From Octopus bimaculoides (Eukaryota): a DNA stretch of 44,480 bases. A program made the translations under genes and the position numbers. The notes below the pieces were generated by a model that was given only the letters and a program-made list of their open reading frames with translations, ran no database searches and had not been told where the DNA came from. Below, piece by piece: positions 11,390 to 23,195 of this stretch; position 1 is the stretch's first letter, and the number at the start of each line of letters is the position of its first letter. Where the stretch lies: contig NC_068982.1 in NCBI RefSeq assembly GCF_001194135.2, positions 70,545,622 to 70,590,101 of the forward strand, read 5' to 3'.

Positions 11390-12255
11390 CTAAGTCTGAT
11401 CAATAAGTATCCGGACTGTTGTCATAGTAACGAAGCTAAAGCACGCAGAGTAAAGCCACTTGGAAAAGATTGACCTTGAACGCTGCTGTGCACGCACATA
11501 AGTTTTAACGTTTTAACTCACTTCCGCTGTTTACAGCAGTACTTGGAAGGAAGGTGTGTAGCATGTGATCAGCTCATTGACCATGACAGAATAAATTGTC
11601 ATGGTGATACCTACTCAGTGGCCTACGCAAAGTTGCAGAAAGTGTATGGAGAGGAGTGTATGAGCCGCACACATGTGTACGAGTGGTTCAGACGTTTCCA
11701 AGATGGCCGAAAAATTTTCGATATTGATGAACGTTCTGGGAGACTGGCAACCAGCAGAACTGAGAAAAACATCGCAGATGTGCGTGCAGCTGTGAGGGGA
11801 AATCGTCGAATCACCATCTATGAGTTATCAGAGGATGTGCAGGTTAGTTACGGTTCAGTTCAGTCCATTATCACTGAAGATTTGAGTATGAGATACGTGT
11901 CGGCCAATTTTGTACCAAAACTGCTTTCAGCTGACCAAAAAGACACTCGGGTTTCAGTTGCACAAGATCTCCTTGATTGTATCGAGAACGATGAAAGCGT
12001 TTTGAAAACTTTGCGTAGGTCGCTGAGCAAGTATCCCCAAGCTTTTGGCAAAATTTAATGCAGATTCAACTTTCACTGTCATGGTCAATGCGACGATCAC
12101 ACGCTACACATCTTCCTTCCAAGTGAGCTAGAACGTTAAAACTTAGTGTGCATGCACAGTAGAGTTCAAGGTCGATCTGTGTCAAGCGGTTTTACTCTGC
12201 GTGCTTTAACTTCGTTATGATGGCAATAGTCCGGATATTTATTGATCAGACTACG
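11390..12255 (+). mobile_element. Non-autonomous mariner derivative made of two inverted 5' ends (~245-bp inverted arms), TA TSD
   Basis: TA at 11388-89 and 12256-57; ends read CTAAGTCTGATCAATAAGTATCCGGAC and (rc) CGTAGTCTGATCAATAAATATCCGGAC. Internal ORF encodes a mariner HTH region (MSRTHVYEWFRRFQDGR..DERSGR..VSANFVPKLL) with no DDD domain. Confidence 0.92.
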
Positions 12256-12624
12256 TACAGACAAATTCAGAGAACATTCACCACCACACACTCGCATTCA
12301 CATTCACATACACTCTCACACACATATACACACACAGTCATACACACAGATACGCAAACTCACGCACTATAATTATTTCAATTTACATCCAATTTATAAC
12401 GTTTTATCTTTTGGTGAATTTTTTTTCATGTGATAAGGTCAACAGTACAACATAGCTCCACCAGCACCACCAGCATCACAACAGCCACCACCACCACCAC
12501 GATGTTTGCTCAAAATGTCACGCTGTTGCATCGACTCCGGGACCTTGCGATTGCAAAGCGAACTTCTTAAACACAGTCAAACTGTTCCTATAACAAACAA
12601 AAACACAGTTTGAGCTGCATAATA

Positions 12625-13844
12625 TAAGGTGCACTCCGGAAGTTTTGAAACTTTTTTTTAGGACAGACGGCTATAACTGTCGTAGATTGTTGTAATTTTA
12701 GTATATCGTTATTGTACATCTACTGAGCTGATCTGCCAACTCTTGTTATTCCAGATTGAAGGAGATGGCTGTAACAGCACTTTGAACAAACCATGCTAAA
12801 TACTGCTTTTTACAGATGACTAGTTTGTAGAATGCAGTCGGGGTGTGAAAACAAATTGAAAGCTTGTTAAGCTATAAAGTTTTGTTTTAAACGCTACAGA
12901 AATTTATGAAATTCTCCAGACTGTTTATAGATTACTTTGTATGAGCCGAGCATCTGTTTTTCGTTGACACAAGAGGTTCAAGGACGACAGAGAGGAGGTG
13001 AGAGACGATGAAAGGCGTGGACAAGAGAGGGACATCAAAACATCAGAGCTGATTGAGAAAATTTCCCAGTTTTTTGGATGAAAACCGACGATAAACATAC
13101 AGTTTGAAATTGGTGTGACAACTGTAAACAGACGCAAAAGAAGGAAATACGCGTTGGTGACAGCGAGATGGTTGAGCTCATTACCTCTAATCCAAGCGTA
13201 CTTGAGTCTCTGATGACCTGTAATAAAAGATGAATTTAATGTTATGATCCAGAGACCAAGAGACAAAGTGCCCAATTGAAGTATTCTGGCTCCCCCAGAC
13301 TCAAGAAGGCCAAGCAAAGCAAGTCCACCGGGAAGTTCATGATGATCTTCTTTTTCGACAGTCAGGGCTTCATCGACATCCGTTGGGTTTCTTCTGGCTA
13401 GATGGCCAATAAAGAATATTTCATGGAGGCTCTGAGGGAGTTTAGGAAAGGATTTCGTTGCAAAAGGCCAGAGCACTGCCACCTTACTGGGTGATACCTG
13501 CACGAGGACAATACACCAGTCTACAGTTCCATCCCAGTAATCAACAACTTGACAGACATGGGCATCGAAATTGTCCCTCAACCTCCCTACAGTCCATACC
13601 TTCCTTCCTGTGACTTTAGGTTGTTCCCCAAGCTGAAGGAAAACCACAGGAGCAGTTGTTTTGGGGACATCGAGAAGACGAATGAGGATGTGACTTTCAA
13701 TTTGGAGGACTTCTGTGGGGCCTTCACAAAATGGCTGAAACGCTACGTGTGCATAGAATCCTACTTTGAAGAAGATTAGAGTTCTGTGCTTCTTTGAAAA
13801 TATGCCTCTCTTGAAAAAATCTCAAAATTTCTGAATGTACCTTG
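12625..13844 (+). mobile_element. Full-length decayed mariner (Tc1/mariner, D,D34D type) transposon, 1220 bp
   Basis: ~30-bp TIRs TAAGGTGCACTCCGGAAGTTTTGAAAC and (rc) CAAGGTACATTCAGAAATTTTGAGAT, TA TSDs at 12623-24 and 13845-46. Pseudogenised transposase ~12832-13779 with AIKFCFK, YDPETKRQS, LHEDN and PYSPYLPSCDF. Confidence 0.93.
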
Positions 13845-14348
13845 TACAAAGGATACTGAACAGTATAAAACGTTAAAGTATTATCAAGAAAACGATCATG
13901 CCACATGAATTCTTGAAGATGAGAAATTAAGAAAGCTATGCTTGTAGCTACGCAAGGCCTCGATGTGATTCTTGCATTTGTTCAAGAATGATGCATTTGT
14001 TTATGTGTGAGTGAACCAGTATTCAAACCTAGAAAATTGACCGAGTGGGTTTTAACTAACGTGCGTATAACTAAGACCCCAAATATTGCAGTATATTCTA
14101 CACCTCAACTGCAACAACAACGGCAACAACGATGACAGTAACAACAACAACAACAACTGAAACCGCAGCAGTAGCACCAACAACGATAACAGTAACCAAC
14201 GAAGACATCTCTATGCAGACGCTCGACCGTTTAGATTAAAAAGCTAAATCATCTTCAAATTACACCTTACCATGTTAAGAAATAATACGGGAAGCATACA
14301 TTAGATCGTATGGTTTTAGGTACTAAAAAAAATAAAAACAAAAAAAAT

Positions 14349-14380
<32 letters not shown>

Positions 14381-14768
14381 CGAGATGTTCGTAGCTGGAA
14401 TGCCTTTGATCAAAGGTTTGTTCGAACGGTAAATAATCTGGACTAATCTCCACCGCCACCATCACCAAGATATACCATTGGTACTACCAGTAGCATCACG
14501 TCAATAAAAAAAACACTAACAGTTAAATGTAGTAAACTGCACCACTATACCCATCATTTGTGATGGAACAACTATGTTATTGCATGGAGTGCTAGAAATA
14601 GCAACCAAATTTTCCTTAATTTACACACTTAATCACATATCTCGGAAAAGAAAGAAAACACACAGACTGGTAATCCTAGATATGGAATGTTCGATAAAAG
14701 GACACAGTGCAATCATTGCTGGGATGCTTCGATCAAAAATTCGTTCACTCACGGCGGACCTAGATCTA

Positions 14769-14895
14769 CAGGGTGTCCACAAAGTCTGGGTACATGGGGA
14801 ATAACACATACTTTAAGAAATTATTATTTCTTATATTTAATTGTTTATGCTACGATTTTATTTACTGCATGTACCCAGACCTTGTGGGCACCCTG
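14769..14895. mobile_element. 127-bp Tc1/mariner-type MITE
   Basis: 28-bp TIR CAGGGTGTCCACAAAGTCTGGGTACATG versus (rc) CAGGGTGCCCACAAGGTCTGGGTACATG; TA TSD at 14767-68 and 14896-97. Confidence 0.92.
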
Positions 14896-14984
14896 TAGAA
14901 TGAAGAGCGAGGGGAAAGCGAAGGAGCCTGTCTGCACTGGACGACGCCCTTTTGCGGGTGGAATTCGTAGTTCTGCTGTATAGA

Positions 14985-15095
14985 CTGGATCTATAGTTAT
15001 GATCTAGAGACCAAGAGACAGAGTGCCCAATGGAAGCATCCTGGCTCCCGTAGCCCCAAGAAGGCCAAGCAAAGCAAGTCCACCGGGAAGCTCGT
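14985..15095 (+). pseudogene. Mariner transposase fragment
   Basis: Translates as WIYSYDLETKRQSAQWKHPGSRSPKKAKQSKSTGKL and aligns to ~13230-13335. Confidence 0.85.
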
Positions 15096-15840
15096 GGAGC
15101 GGGGGTTGGCGGCCAACTCAGAAGCTTTCCCGGGCGGCACACCGTCTAGCTACGCCAATGCCAAGGGCTACATAGAACACCACCATCAGGAACAACAACA
15201 GCAACAACAATTGATTGCACCACTAATAGGCAACAACAACAACAACGACGACTCGCTATGTTAATATCGCTAAACTACTGCTGCCGATATCAAGACGCGT
15301 GTCATTCTTTCTTCCTCTGGACACAACGACAAACGAAGACAGACCGACCGAGGGCTCATAATAAATGTTTGCGTGAAGAAAACAAAAGACAACCAATAAA
15401 AACCTGGTATCGGCTAATGATTGGGTGATCAGTCTTTATCCGTAACTAAAGGTTAATGTGTAGTTATGGAGCTTCATATTGCTTTAATTCGGTCACTTAC
15501 TCTTTGACCAAATTCCTCAGAGGAAAAAATATTAACGAAACAATCGTATTTGATAGAGATGCTTAAACGATCGATACAACTGATAATTAATTTTTTCCTC
15601 ACACATCCCTCATTTTCTCGCCTTCTCCCTATTCCGCTTTGTTTGTCTGTTTGTTTGTTTGTCTGCCTGTCTCTTTCACTTACCCTCTTTCCCTCCCTCC
15701 CTCCCCCTCTCGCTCTCTCTCTTGTTATTTACAAATAGCTCATTTCATTTATGGACATAACCTTATCTGAAGCATTAATTTGCAGATGACAAAATTGGAT
15801 AACCAGACAGACAAACAGACAGAGAGATAGACATGTAAAT

Positions 15841-15844
<4 letters not shown>

Positions 15845-15912
<68 letters not shown>

Positions 15913-15975
15913 CGACAGACAGACAGACAGACAGATAGACAAACAGATGGACAAACGAATAGATAAACACACAAA

Positions 15976-16073
<98 letters not shown>

Positions 16074-16082
16074 CAGACAGAT

Positions 16083-16148
<66 letters not shown>

Positions 16149-16280
16149 TAGATAGATAGATAGATAGATAGATAAAAAATAGTTTTCTCTATCTCTCAGT
16201 CTTGCTGCTTGCTTGTTTATTTCTCTTTCTCTTAATTTCTTTCTCCCCCTTCTCTCTCTCTCTCTCTCCACACACACACA
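15845..16280. repeat. Compound (GA)n/(GACA)n/(GATA)n microsatellite
   Basis: Direct reading; source of the LSIY/SLSL ORFs. Confidence 0.97.
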
Positions 16281-16329
16281 CACACTTGCATACTGCATTA
16301 ATGAAAGAATACCGTGTATTCTTATAGTT

Positions 16330-16640
16330 AATCATTGAGGCCATATACTTCACTTATATTTCTGATGTCATCGTCCTCGGTGACTTCACAATATTCACAA
16401 CTTTTTATGACTCCCTCGCCCATCCCACACCGTTACGGCCGCTGCAGAAACCGAATCTTTTGCAACTCTCAGATCACTCCATCCGCTCATCGCATCCCCT
16501 ATACACATCCTAGATCAACACTCAGATATCCAAAATATCTTGAATGGCGGTGGGGTTTTTCATTTCCAAAACTAATCTATATCCAACTGTAGTTGTCTTC
16601 GCATCTATCGAGTCAGTCAGTCACTGCATCATTGCAACTA
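16330..16640 (+). mobile_element. APE endonuclease relic of a CR1/Jockey-group LINE
   Basis: DVIVLGDF (~16366-16387), LLQL, and terminal SHCIIAT corresponding to the SDH motif. Confidence 0.5.
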
Positions 16641-16647
16641 TCCAACT

Positions 16648-16761
<114 letters not shown>

Positions 16762-16896
16762 TAATGTAATAACGCATGTCCCTGTTGATCCGTTGCGGTT
16801 GAACATTCAAAGGAGAGGTTCCAAACAACCACAGCGGTGAAACGTACGTAGAGAACAAATGATATAAACTTAAGCTTAATATAATTTCTCATATAA

Positions 16897-16938
<42 letters not shown>

Positions 16939-17224
16939 TCCAAATTTGTGTAAATGTGTATAGAATAATATATCAGTTGAATAAAGTCTGGTTTTTTGTT
17001 ATGGCATTTTAAAAAGCTTTAAATTTTTTTACAATGTTGAAGTGAGTTAAAAAAAATATTTTGTAATGTTTATAAAGTTCAATTAGCGCTTTCATATATT
17101 CGTAGTAAAAATCAGATTTCAAAATGCATTTCACTGACAGTTGAGTTCTTGACAATTGTAGTAAACTGACTGACTTCTTCGTTTTTGTAACTCTTAGAAG
17201 GCTCCAACGAGCCGAATTTTTGGA

Positions 17225-17400
17225 ATACGGTTTGACCAATTCGCATGCAGCTTAGACGTCACGGTTTGGCGGGCGTACCGACATTCTGGCATAGATCCCG
17301 CCTTTATTTTAACCAATTAGTTTGCGGTTTACATGTAATTGGTTTTATGAGCGAGCAAACTTAGTTGGTTTCGATCGTTTATATTTCAATTGGTGGGAGT
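17225..17400. promoter_or_regulatory. Promoter-like cluster: four CCAAT boxes, E2F-like sites and a CRE-like site
   Basis: CCAAT 17236 and 17313; ATTGG 17338 and 17389; TTTGGCGGG 17265; TCCCGCC 17296; GACGTCA 17255. CpG-rich relative to flanks. Confidence 0.4.
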
Positions 17401-17624
17401 CTTCTGTAATTTGTTTATATTCATATGTTAAAGATATTTTTTAATCCACAACATTAACTGGTTGTTATATTATTGTTGTTATTTCCGTTCAGAACAAGTT
17501 TGAACATTTTAATAAACCGTTTTTCTTTTAGCTTTCTTTCAACCTCATTTGATATATATATCAACTGTTATACATAAACGTATGTGTGTAAGAGAGAAGG
17601 GGTGTGAGTATCGAACTAAATTTG

Positions 17625-17963
17625 TAGGAACACAAAACTCGGCTTGCGAAGACCTGTTGGGGCAAGCGAAAGCGAAATCGTGATGGCACCTGTACAAGTG
17701 GAGCACTGAGAGCACCGTCCGAGTGTGATCGTTGCCAGAGTAGCTGTGGCACGTAAATAGCACCAGCGTGATCGTTACCAACGTCGCCTTCCTGGCACTT
17801 GTGCCAGTGACACGTGAAAAGACATTCGAGCGAGATCGTTGCCAGTGCCGATGGACTGGTTCCTGTGCAGGTGACACGTAAAATACACCATTTCGAGCGT
17901 GGCCGTTGCCAGTACCGCCTGACTGGCCTTCGTGCCGGTGGCACGTAAAAGCACCCACTACAC
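17625..17963 (+). mobile_element. 3' region of an interspersed retroelement (probably RTE-related) with internal ~65-bp tandem units, truncated by a gap
   Basis: Four related units CGAGCGTGATCGTTGCCAGT...GTGGCACGTAAAAGCACC start at ~17720, 17764, 17827 and 17894. The RTE link is recalled, not verified. Confidence 0.6.
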
Positions 17964-18309
17964 NNNNNNNNNNNNNNNNNNNNNNNNNNNNNNNNNNNNN
18001 NNNNNNNNNNNNNNNNNNNNNNNNNNNNNNNNNNNNNNNNNNNNNNNNNNNNNNNNNNNNNNNNNNNNNNNNNNNNNNNNNNNNNNNNNNNNNNNNNNNN
18101 NNNNNNNNNNNNNNNNNNNNNNNNNNNNNNNNNNNNNNACACACACACACACACACACACACCCGCACATATATATAAATATATATATATGTATGTATGT
18201 ATGTATGTATTTATGTGTGTATGTACGTACGTGTGTATGTATGTATGTATGTATGTATGTATGTATGTATGTATGTATAAAACCGAATCATCTAATATAT
18301 TGAGACAAC

Positions 18310-18830
18310 CATCAACAAAGACGTCCTCCAAAACCTAGAATCTTTCCCAAACTCTCTCATCTTAATGCCACTAATACCCGTAAAGCTAGACCCATTTGGG
18401 ACCCACTCTTCTCCATCACTTGCCAGTGGGATCTTCCGTTGGAGAAATTTAGAAAAAACAACGTTATTACCCTCGACATCAGCAGAGCTTTCGATCGTGA
18501 TTGGTATGCGAATCTCCTATCGAAACTGCCCGTCTTTGGTTCCATTTGTCTCTCATCTACTAGATCGATAGTTTCCTATCAGATTGCATCGCTGCTGTGT
18601 GTAGTGACAGGGCATTTTTTGTCCCTCAATCTCCTCAATTGCAGCCTGTCACAGAGTTCGGTTATATCTCCGCTTTTTCTTTCTGTACGTCAATGTCTTA
18701 CTTACTGCTACGTCTGTCAATGCGGATAACACTACCCTTTACATCAATTCACAGCCTAGACAACATGCACCAAACCTGTACAGATCTCGTCATAAACAAA
18801 GAGCTTGAAAACACTCTCTAACAGGGATAT
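18310..18830 (+). mobile_element. RT relic of a CR1/Jockey-group LINE
   Basis: TLDISRAFDRDWYANLLSKL, SQSSVISPLF (PQGS motif) and ADNTTL (YADD motif). Confidence 0.8.
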
Positions 18831-19729
18831 GCAAATTTAATCTATATCTGAGACGCTACTTCCAGGAATATCTAATGTAGCTGTTGTTGTTGTGTAGCAC
18901 CAGATCAATCCTGATCGGATAGACCTATCATCAATGCCGTCATAAGGCAGGCGCACACATTTATAGTGATTGAGTAGTCAAATGAATTGATCCTGTTGTA
19001 TGACCAATATTTACTCAATCGACTCTAACAGAATAAAAGGTGAAGTCAATCCCGGCTAAAACACTGCTTCTCCGTAAGGATTTTTAGAATGTGAATATTA
19101 TTGGCTGAAGGTAAGGTGGAGTTTCCAAAAAAAAAACCCTGTTCTCTTCATGTTTTTGCTGTTTTGGAAAAGCAAAGGTTTATGGATAATTTATTTCATG
19201 AGTGAAAGAACTCTAACTGGCAAAAAAAACCTCCCGGTGAAAATTTAAACTTGTTGAAATGCCATCCATCATCCTAAAATAGTTGACATTTCAGAGGCTA
19301 ACTTTTCATTGAGTTTTGTTATAACCACGTTTTTCTCGACACTATTTTGTGCTGGATTACCAAGCGGGTCATAAAAGACTCCTTTTGGGACTTCCTTTCA
19401 TTGATAACCCCTTACAAATACCACCATATTGAAAATGAAATTTGATGAAACAACATCCATTACACGTTTATCCAAATATTATGAAGTTTATTTTACGATT
19501 TAGTACACTTATTTCCTCACGTGTCATTTCTTTTCTCTTTCGCATTCGGAAAACAATTACCTTTAAGTTAGTAAATTCGCCATGTTATTAAATGATTAAA
19601 TTTCTGAGATTAATTATTCATGACATGAGTTATTGGTAGTGTAATGAAATATTAGCACTACCCGTGGAACTTCCATGCCCATTTTGTAGTACAGTGTCAG
19701 TTATAAACATCTCCCCACTCAGTTATAAT

Positions 19730-20110
19730 ATCTTGTCAATTCTTTCATGATCCTTTGATTAATTTCAAGGAAATTTTATCTATACTCTTCTGTCGTATTT
19801 GCTTTTCAAGCCTGTTTTCTCATGCTGACTTGTACAAAATATATTTATCTATCATCGTTCTTCAAATTTTGCCTTCTTGGTTAATAATTTTCATTCTTTT
19901 CCTATTTGCTTTAGCTCTGGCATTCGTCTAACGACCCCATCCAGCTCCATTTCTTACAGTAATTCCAGTCCTTTAAATTTTTTTTAGTTAACCTTCTCGC
20001 CGTTCCAGACACTCTTTTCTCTATTCTTAATTCCTGTATCGTGATTCAATTCTTGTTGTCATGCTCTATGATCATTCCCCGTCGTAATACACCAAACTCT
20101 GTTTCGTTAA
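19730..20110 (-). mobile_element. Highly degraded RTE-like LINE 3' relic
   Basis: Minus strand contains AAATGGAGCTGGATGGGGTCGTTAGACGAATGCCAGAG, resembling KWSWxGHVRRMPE. Confidence 0.35.
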
Positions 20111-20230
20111 TAAAACAATATAAGAAGCATTTGATACTATATAGTTGACATAGTCACACCGACATACGAACACTAATGGCGTGCGCACATCCTGGATACA
20201 CATATCACCACTCTCTCACACGCACGCGCG

Positions 20231-20264
<34 letters not shown>

Positions 20265-20473
20265 CAAATAAGTGGCGTCTATGTGTGTATATGTGCATGC
20301 GTGCGCACCAATAGCGCTCCTATGTGTGTATGTATGCTAGCAGTGTTCGTTTGAATTTCCCTCTCTTTCTCTCTTTCTCTCTCTGTCACAAACACATACA
20401 CACGTATACACTTTTACTGCCCCCTTTCCGCAGCGCGACAGATTTTTACACCACGGGAATGTATCGATAGCGC

Positions 20474-20475
<2 letters not shown>

Positions 20476-20568
<93 letters not shown>
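20476..20568. repeat. (GATA)n microsatellite
   Basis: Near-perfect array. Confidence 0.97.
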
Positions 20569-21403
20569 TTAGAACGGATTAGTATTGAGATGAGATATTA
20601 CTACTAAAATAGGTTATTAGTATTGAGAATTGATACTAGTAAATACCTTTTTTTTACTTGCTACTCCTGAAAGAAGCTATATTTCCTTCTTATCGCTACT
20701 TTAGCCATCTCAATGCTCAGGCTTTTGTTAGTATCAAATATTAATATCAAACAAGCAGTGTTCATGGAAATCTGCGGTTATTTTGAAAACTGTGAGACTG
20801 TTGGAAATTTATAGAGAACAATGAAAACTATAAGCTTTGTTTCTGAAGCTTGAGTAATACAGGTACAGGCATAGCTATGTGGTTGAAAAGCTCGCATCAC
20901 CACAGCCTGATTTCACGTTGCTTCACATTCATATAGAAATAATTGTACGAGTTTCTTATAATTGTTCGTTTGTTTTGTTTTTCAGTTGAATTATTACATG
21001 CTTGTGTTAAAGGTAATACGATCATAGAAATCGAATCCGATATTGCGCAGTTTCTGTGAACCAGATACTTCAGTGACAGCACGACCAGTCAAACAAACAA
21101 CAAAAATACTAATAAATAACTAAATAACTAAATAAAATAAAACATCCCAGCTTGCTCATAATGAAAACTATCATTTTTAGTCACTAGTTTCGTGGTTTTT
21201 ACAGTTAAAATTGAAGTCCAAGCATGGGACTGGGAGCATCAACATGGCCCCTTCCGTTTCCCTTTAAAACTCTATAGAAGAGAAACAATACTGGTTATCA
21301 ATGACTTGTTGGTCAACGGTTAATATTCAATTATTCTCTTACTGATCTGTCGTTCTTGTGTCTCCCCATACCACCCCACCCACTATGTATAGAACATTTG
21401 TTT

Positions 21404-21532
21404 TACTGAAAGAGAAGATGAAAAGAAAAGATGAACATAAATAGACATTCTGTGGTTATTTCTCAAATGCATAAACAGATTTCCACAATACATATTGTAC
21501 ATTCCCAGCAACCATTGTGTCACCAACAACAC

Positions 21533-21581
<49 letters not shown>

Positions 21582-22296
21582 CACACATAGTCCTTTCTAC
21601 GACAGATACAAGGCGTGAAATTTTAGGGGAGGTGATAAGTCTGATGCAGGTATTTACTTCATCGACCACGAAAGGATGAAATGCAAAGTCGACCTCCGGG
21701 ACATCTGAACTCAGAGCATAAAGCTAGAAAGAATGTCGCCAAAGACACACACACATACATATGTACATATATATATATTTAAATATTCACATATATACAC
21801 ATATGCATGAGCACACACATACATACAAACATATACATATTTATATATGAATATATACGTATGTGTGCTTACGTATATGTGTACGTGTGTGTACGTGTGT
21901 GTGTGTGTGTGTGTGTGCGTGTGCGTGCGCGCGCGCGCGGGGCATGCTTGTCTACTTATCAGTTTGTCTGTATGTTTGTGTATATGTATGTACGTACGTA
22001 TTTCGGATTTGTACAGAGTGATTAAAAATGCAGCAAGAGAAGCTTTATAATTCTCATTTATTAATCAGACAAAAAGCAAAACAAAAAACAAAGACGAAAA
22101 ATAATAAGTATATGGGCTTATTCAACTGCTGGATCTTTAGTTGTATCATAATATAGGNNNNNNNNNNTACTGAAAGAGAAGATGAAAAGAAAAGATGAAC
22201 ATAAATAGACATTCTGTGGTTATTTCTCAAATGCATAAACAGATTTCCACAATACATATTGTACATTCCCAGCAACCATTGTGTCACCAACAACAC

Positions 22297-22393
<97 letters not shown>

Positions 22394-22421
22394 CACACAT
22401 AGTCCTTTCTACGACAGATAC
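21404..22421 (+). repeat. Direct duplication (21404-21609 and 22168-22421) flanked by gaps, differing only in (ATCT)n length
   Basis: Identical unique sequence; 12 versus 24 ATCT units; the second copy is bounded by N runs on both sides. Confidence 0.9.
21590..21745 (-). mobile_element. SINE family A, 5'-incomplete
   Basis: ATCGACCACGAAAGGATGAAATGCAAAGTCGACC..TGAACTCAGA. Confidence 0.8.
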
Positions 22422-23145
22422 NNNNNNNNNNNNNNNNNNNNNNNNNNNNNNNNNNNNNNNNNNNNNNNNNNNNNNNNNNNNNNNNNNNNNNNNNNNNNNN
22501 NNNNNNNNNNNNNNNNNNNNNNNNNNNNNNNNNNNNNNNNNNNNNNNNNNNNNNNNNNNNNNNNNNNNNNNNNNNNNNNNNNNNNNNNNNNNNNNNNNNN
22601 NNNNNNNNNNNNNNNNNNNNNNNNNNNNNNNNNNNNNNNNNNNNNNNNNNNNNNNNNNNNNNNNNNNNNNNNNNNNNNNNNNNNNNNNNNNNNNNNNNNN
22701 NNNNNNNNNNNNNNNNNNNNNNNNNNNNNNNNNNNNNNNNNNNNNNNNNNNNNNNNNNNNNNNNNNNNNNNNNNNNNNNNNNNNNNNNNNNNNNNNNNNN
22801 NNNNNNNNNNNNNNNNNNNNNNNNNNNNNNNNNNNNNNNNNNNNNNNNNNNNNNNNNNNNNNNNNNNNNNNNNNNNNNNNNNNNNNNNNNNNNNNNNNNN
22901 NNNNNNNNNGGACAAACAGCGAGTCTAGAAGAAGACAATATGGACAATCTATTATTAATACTTACATTAACAAAATTATTAAGTTCTGACATTTATCCGG
23001 CGCTTCATTGTATTTATTTGTTGTTTTGTGGGTGTTGTTGTTGTTGTTATCTTCTATTTCCTATCTTACGTGCTCTTTTTTTGTTTTTTTCGTGTTATCT
23101 TTTATGAGTGTGTCTGTGAGTATGGTGCAGATATTTATTTATTTA

Positions 23146-23195
<50 letters not shown>

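Larger units (their letters stand above)
14750..15160. mobile_element. hAT-type MITE (same family as 40129-40288) containing a mariner fragment and a nested Tc1-type MITE
   Basis: Right end CCCGGGCGGCACACCGTCTAGCTACGCCAATG and internal TCTGCTGTATAGAC match the 40129-40288 element. Left end CACGGCGGACCTAGA is a degenerate TIR; no clear TSD. Confidence 0.55.

Noticed and set aside
12925-13647. 240-aa minus-strand ORF
   Set aside because: It is the antisense shadow of the decayed mariner transposase, starts at GTG and shows no recognisable domain.
15480-15525. Minus-strand CUGAGGA followed by a 9-bp hairpin
   Set aside because: No GAAA follows stem II and there are no stems I/III, so it is not a hammerhead.
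17720-17957. CRISPR-like appearance of the ~65-bp periodic repeats
   Set aside because: The context is eukaryotic, the units are diverged along their whole length with no unique spacers, and there are no cas genes.
19105-19380. Possible Tc1-type MITE
   Set aside because: The TIR match is too weak to define ends.
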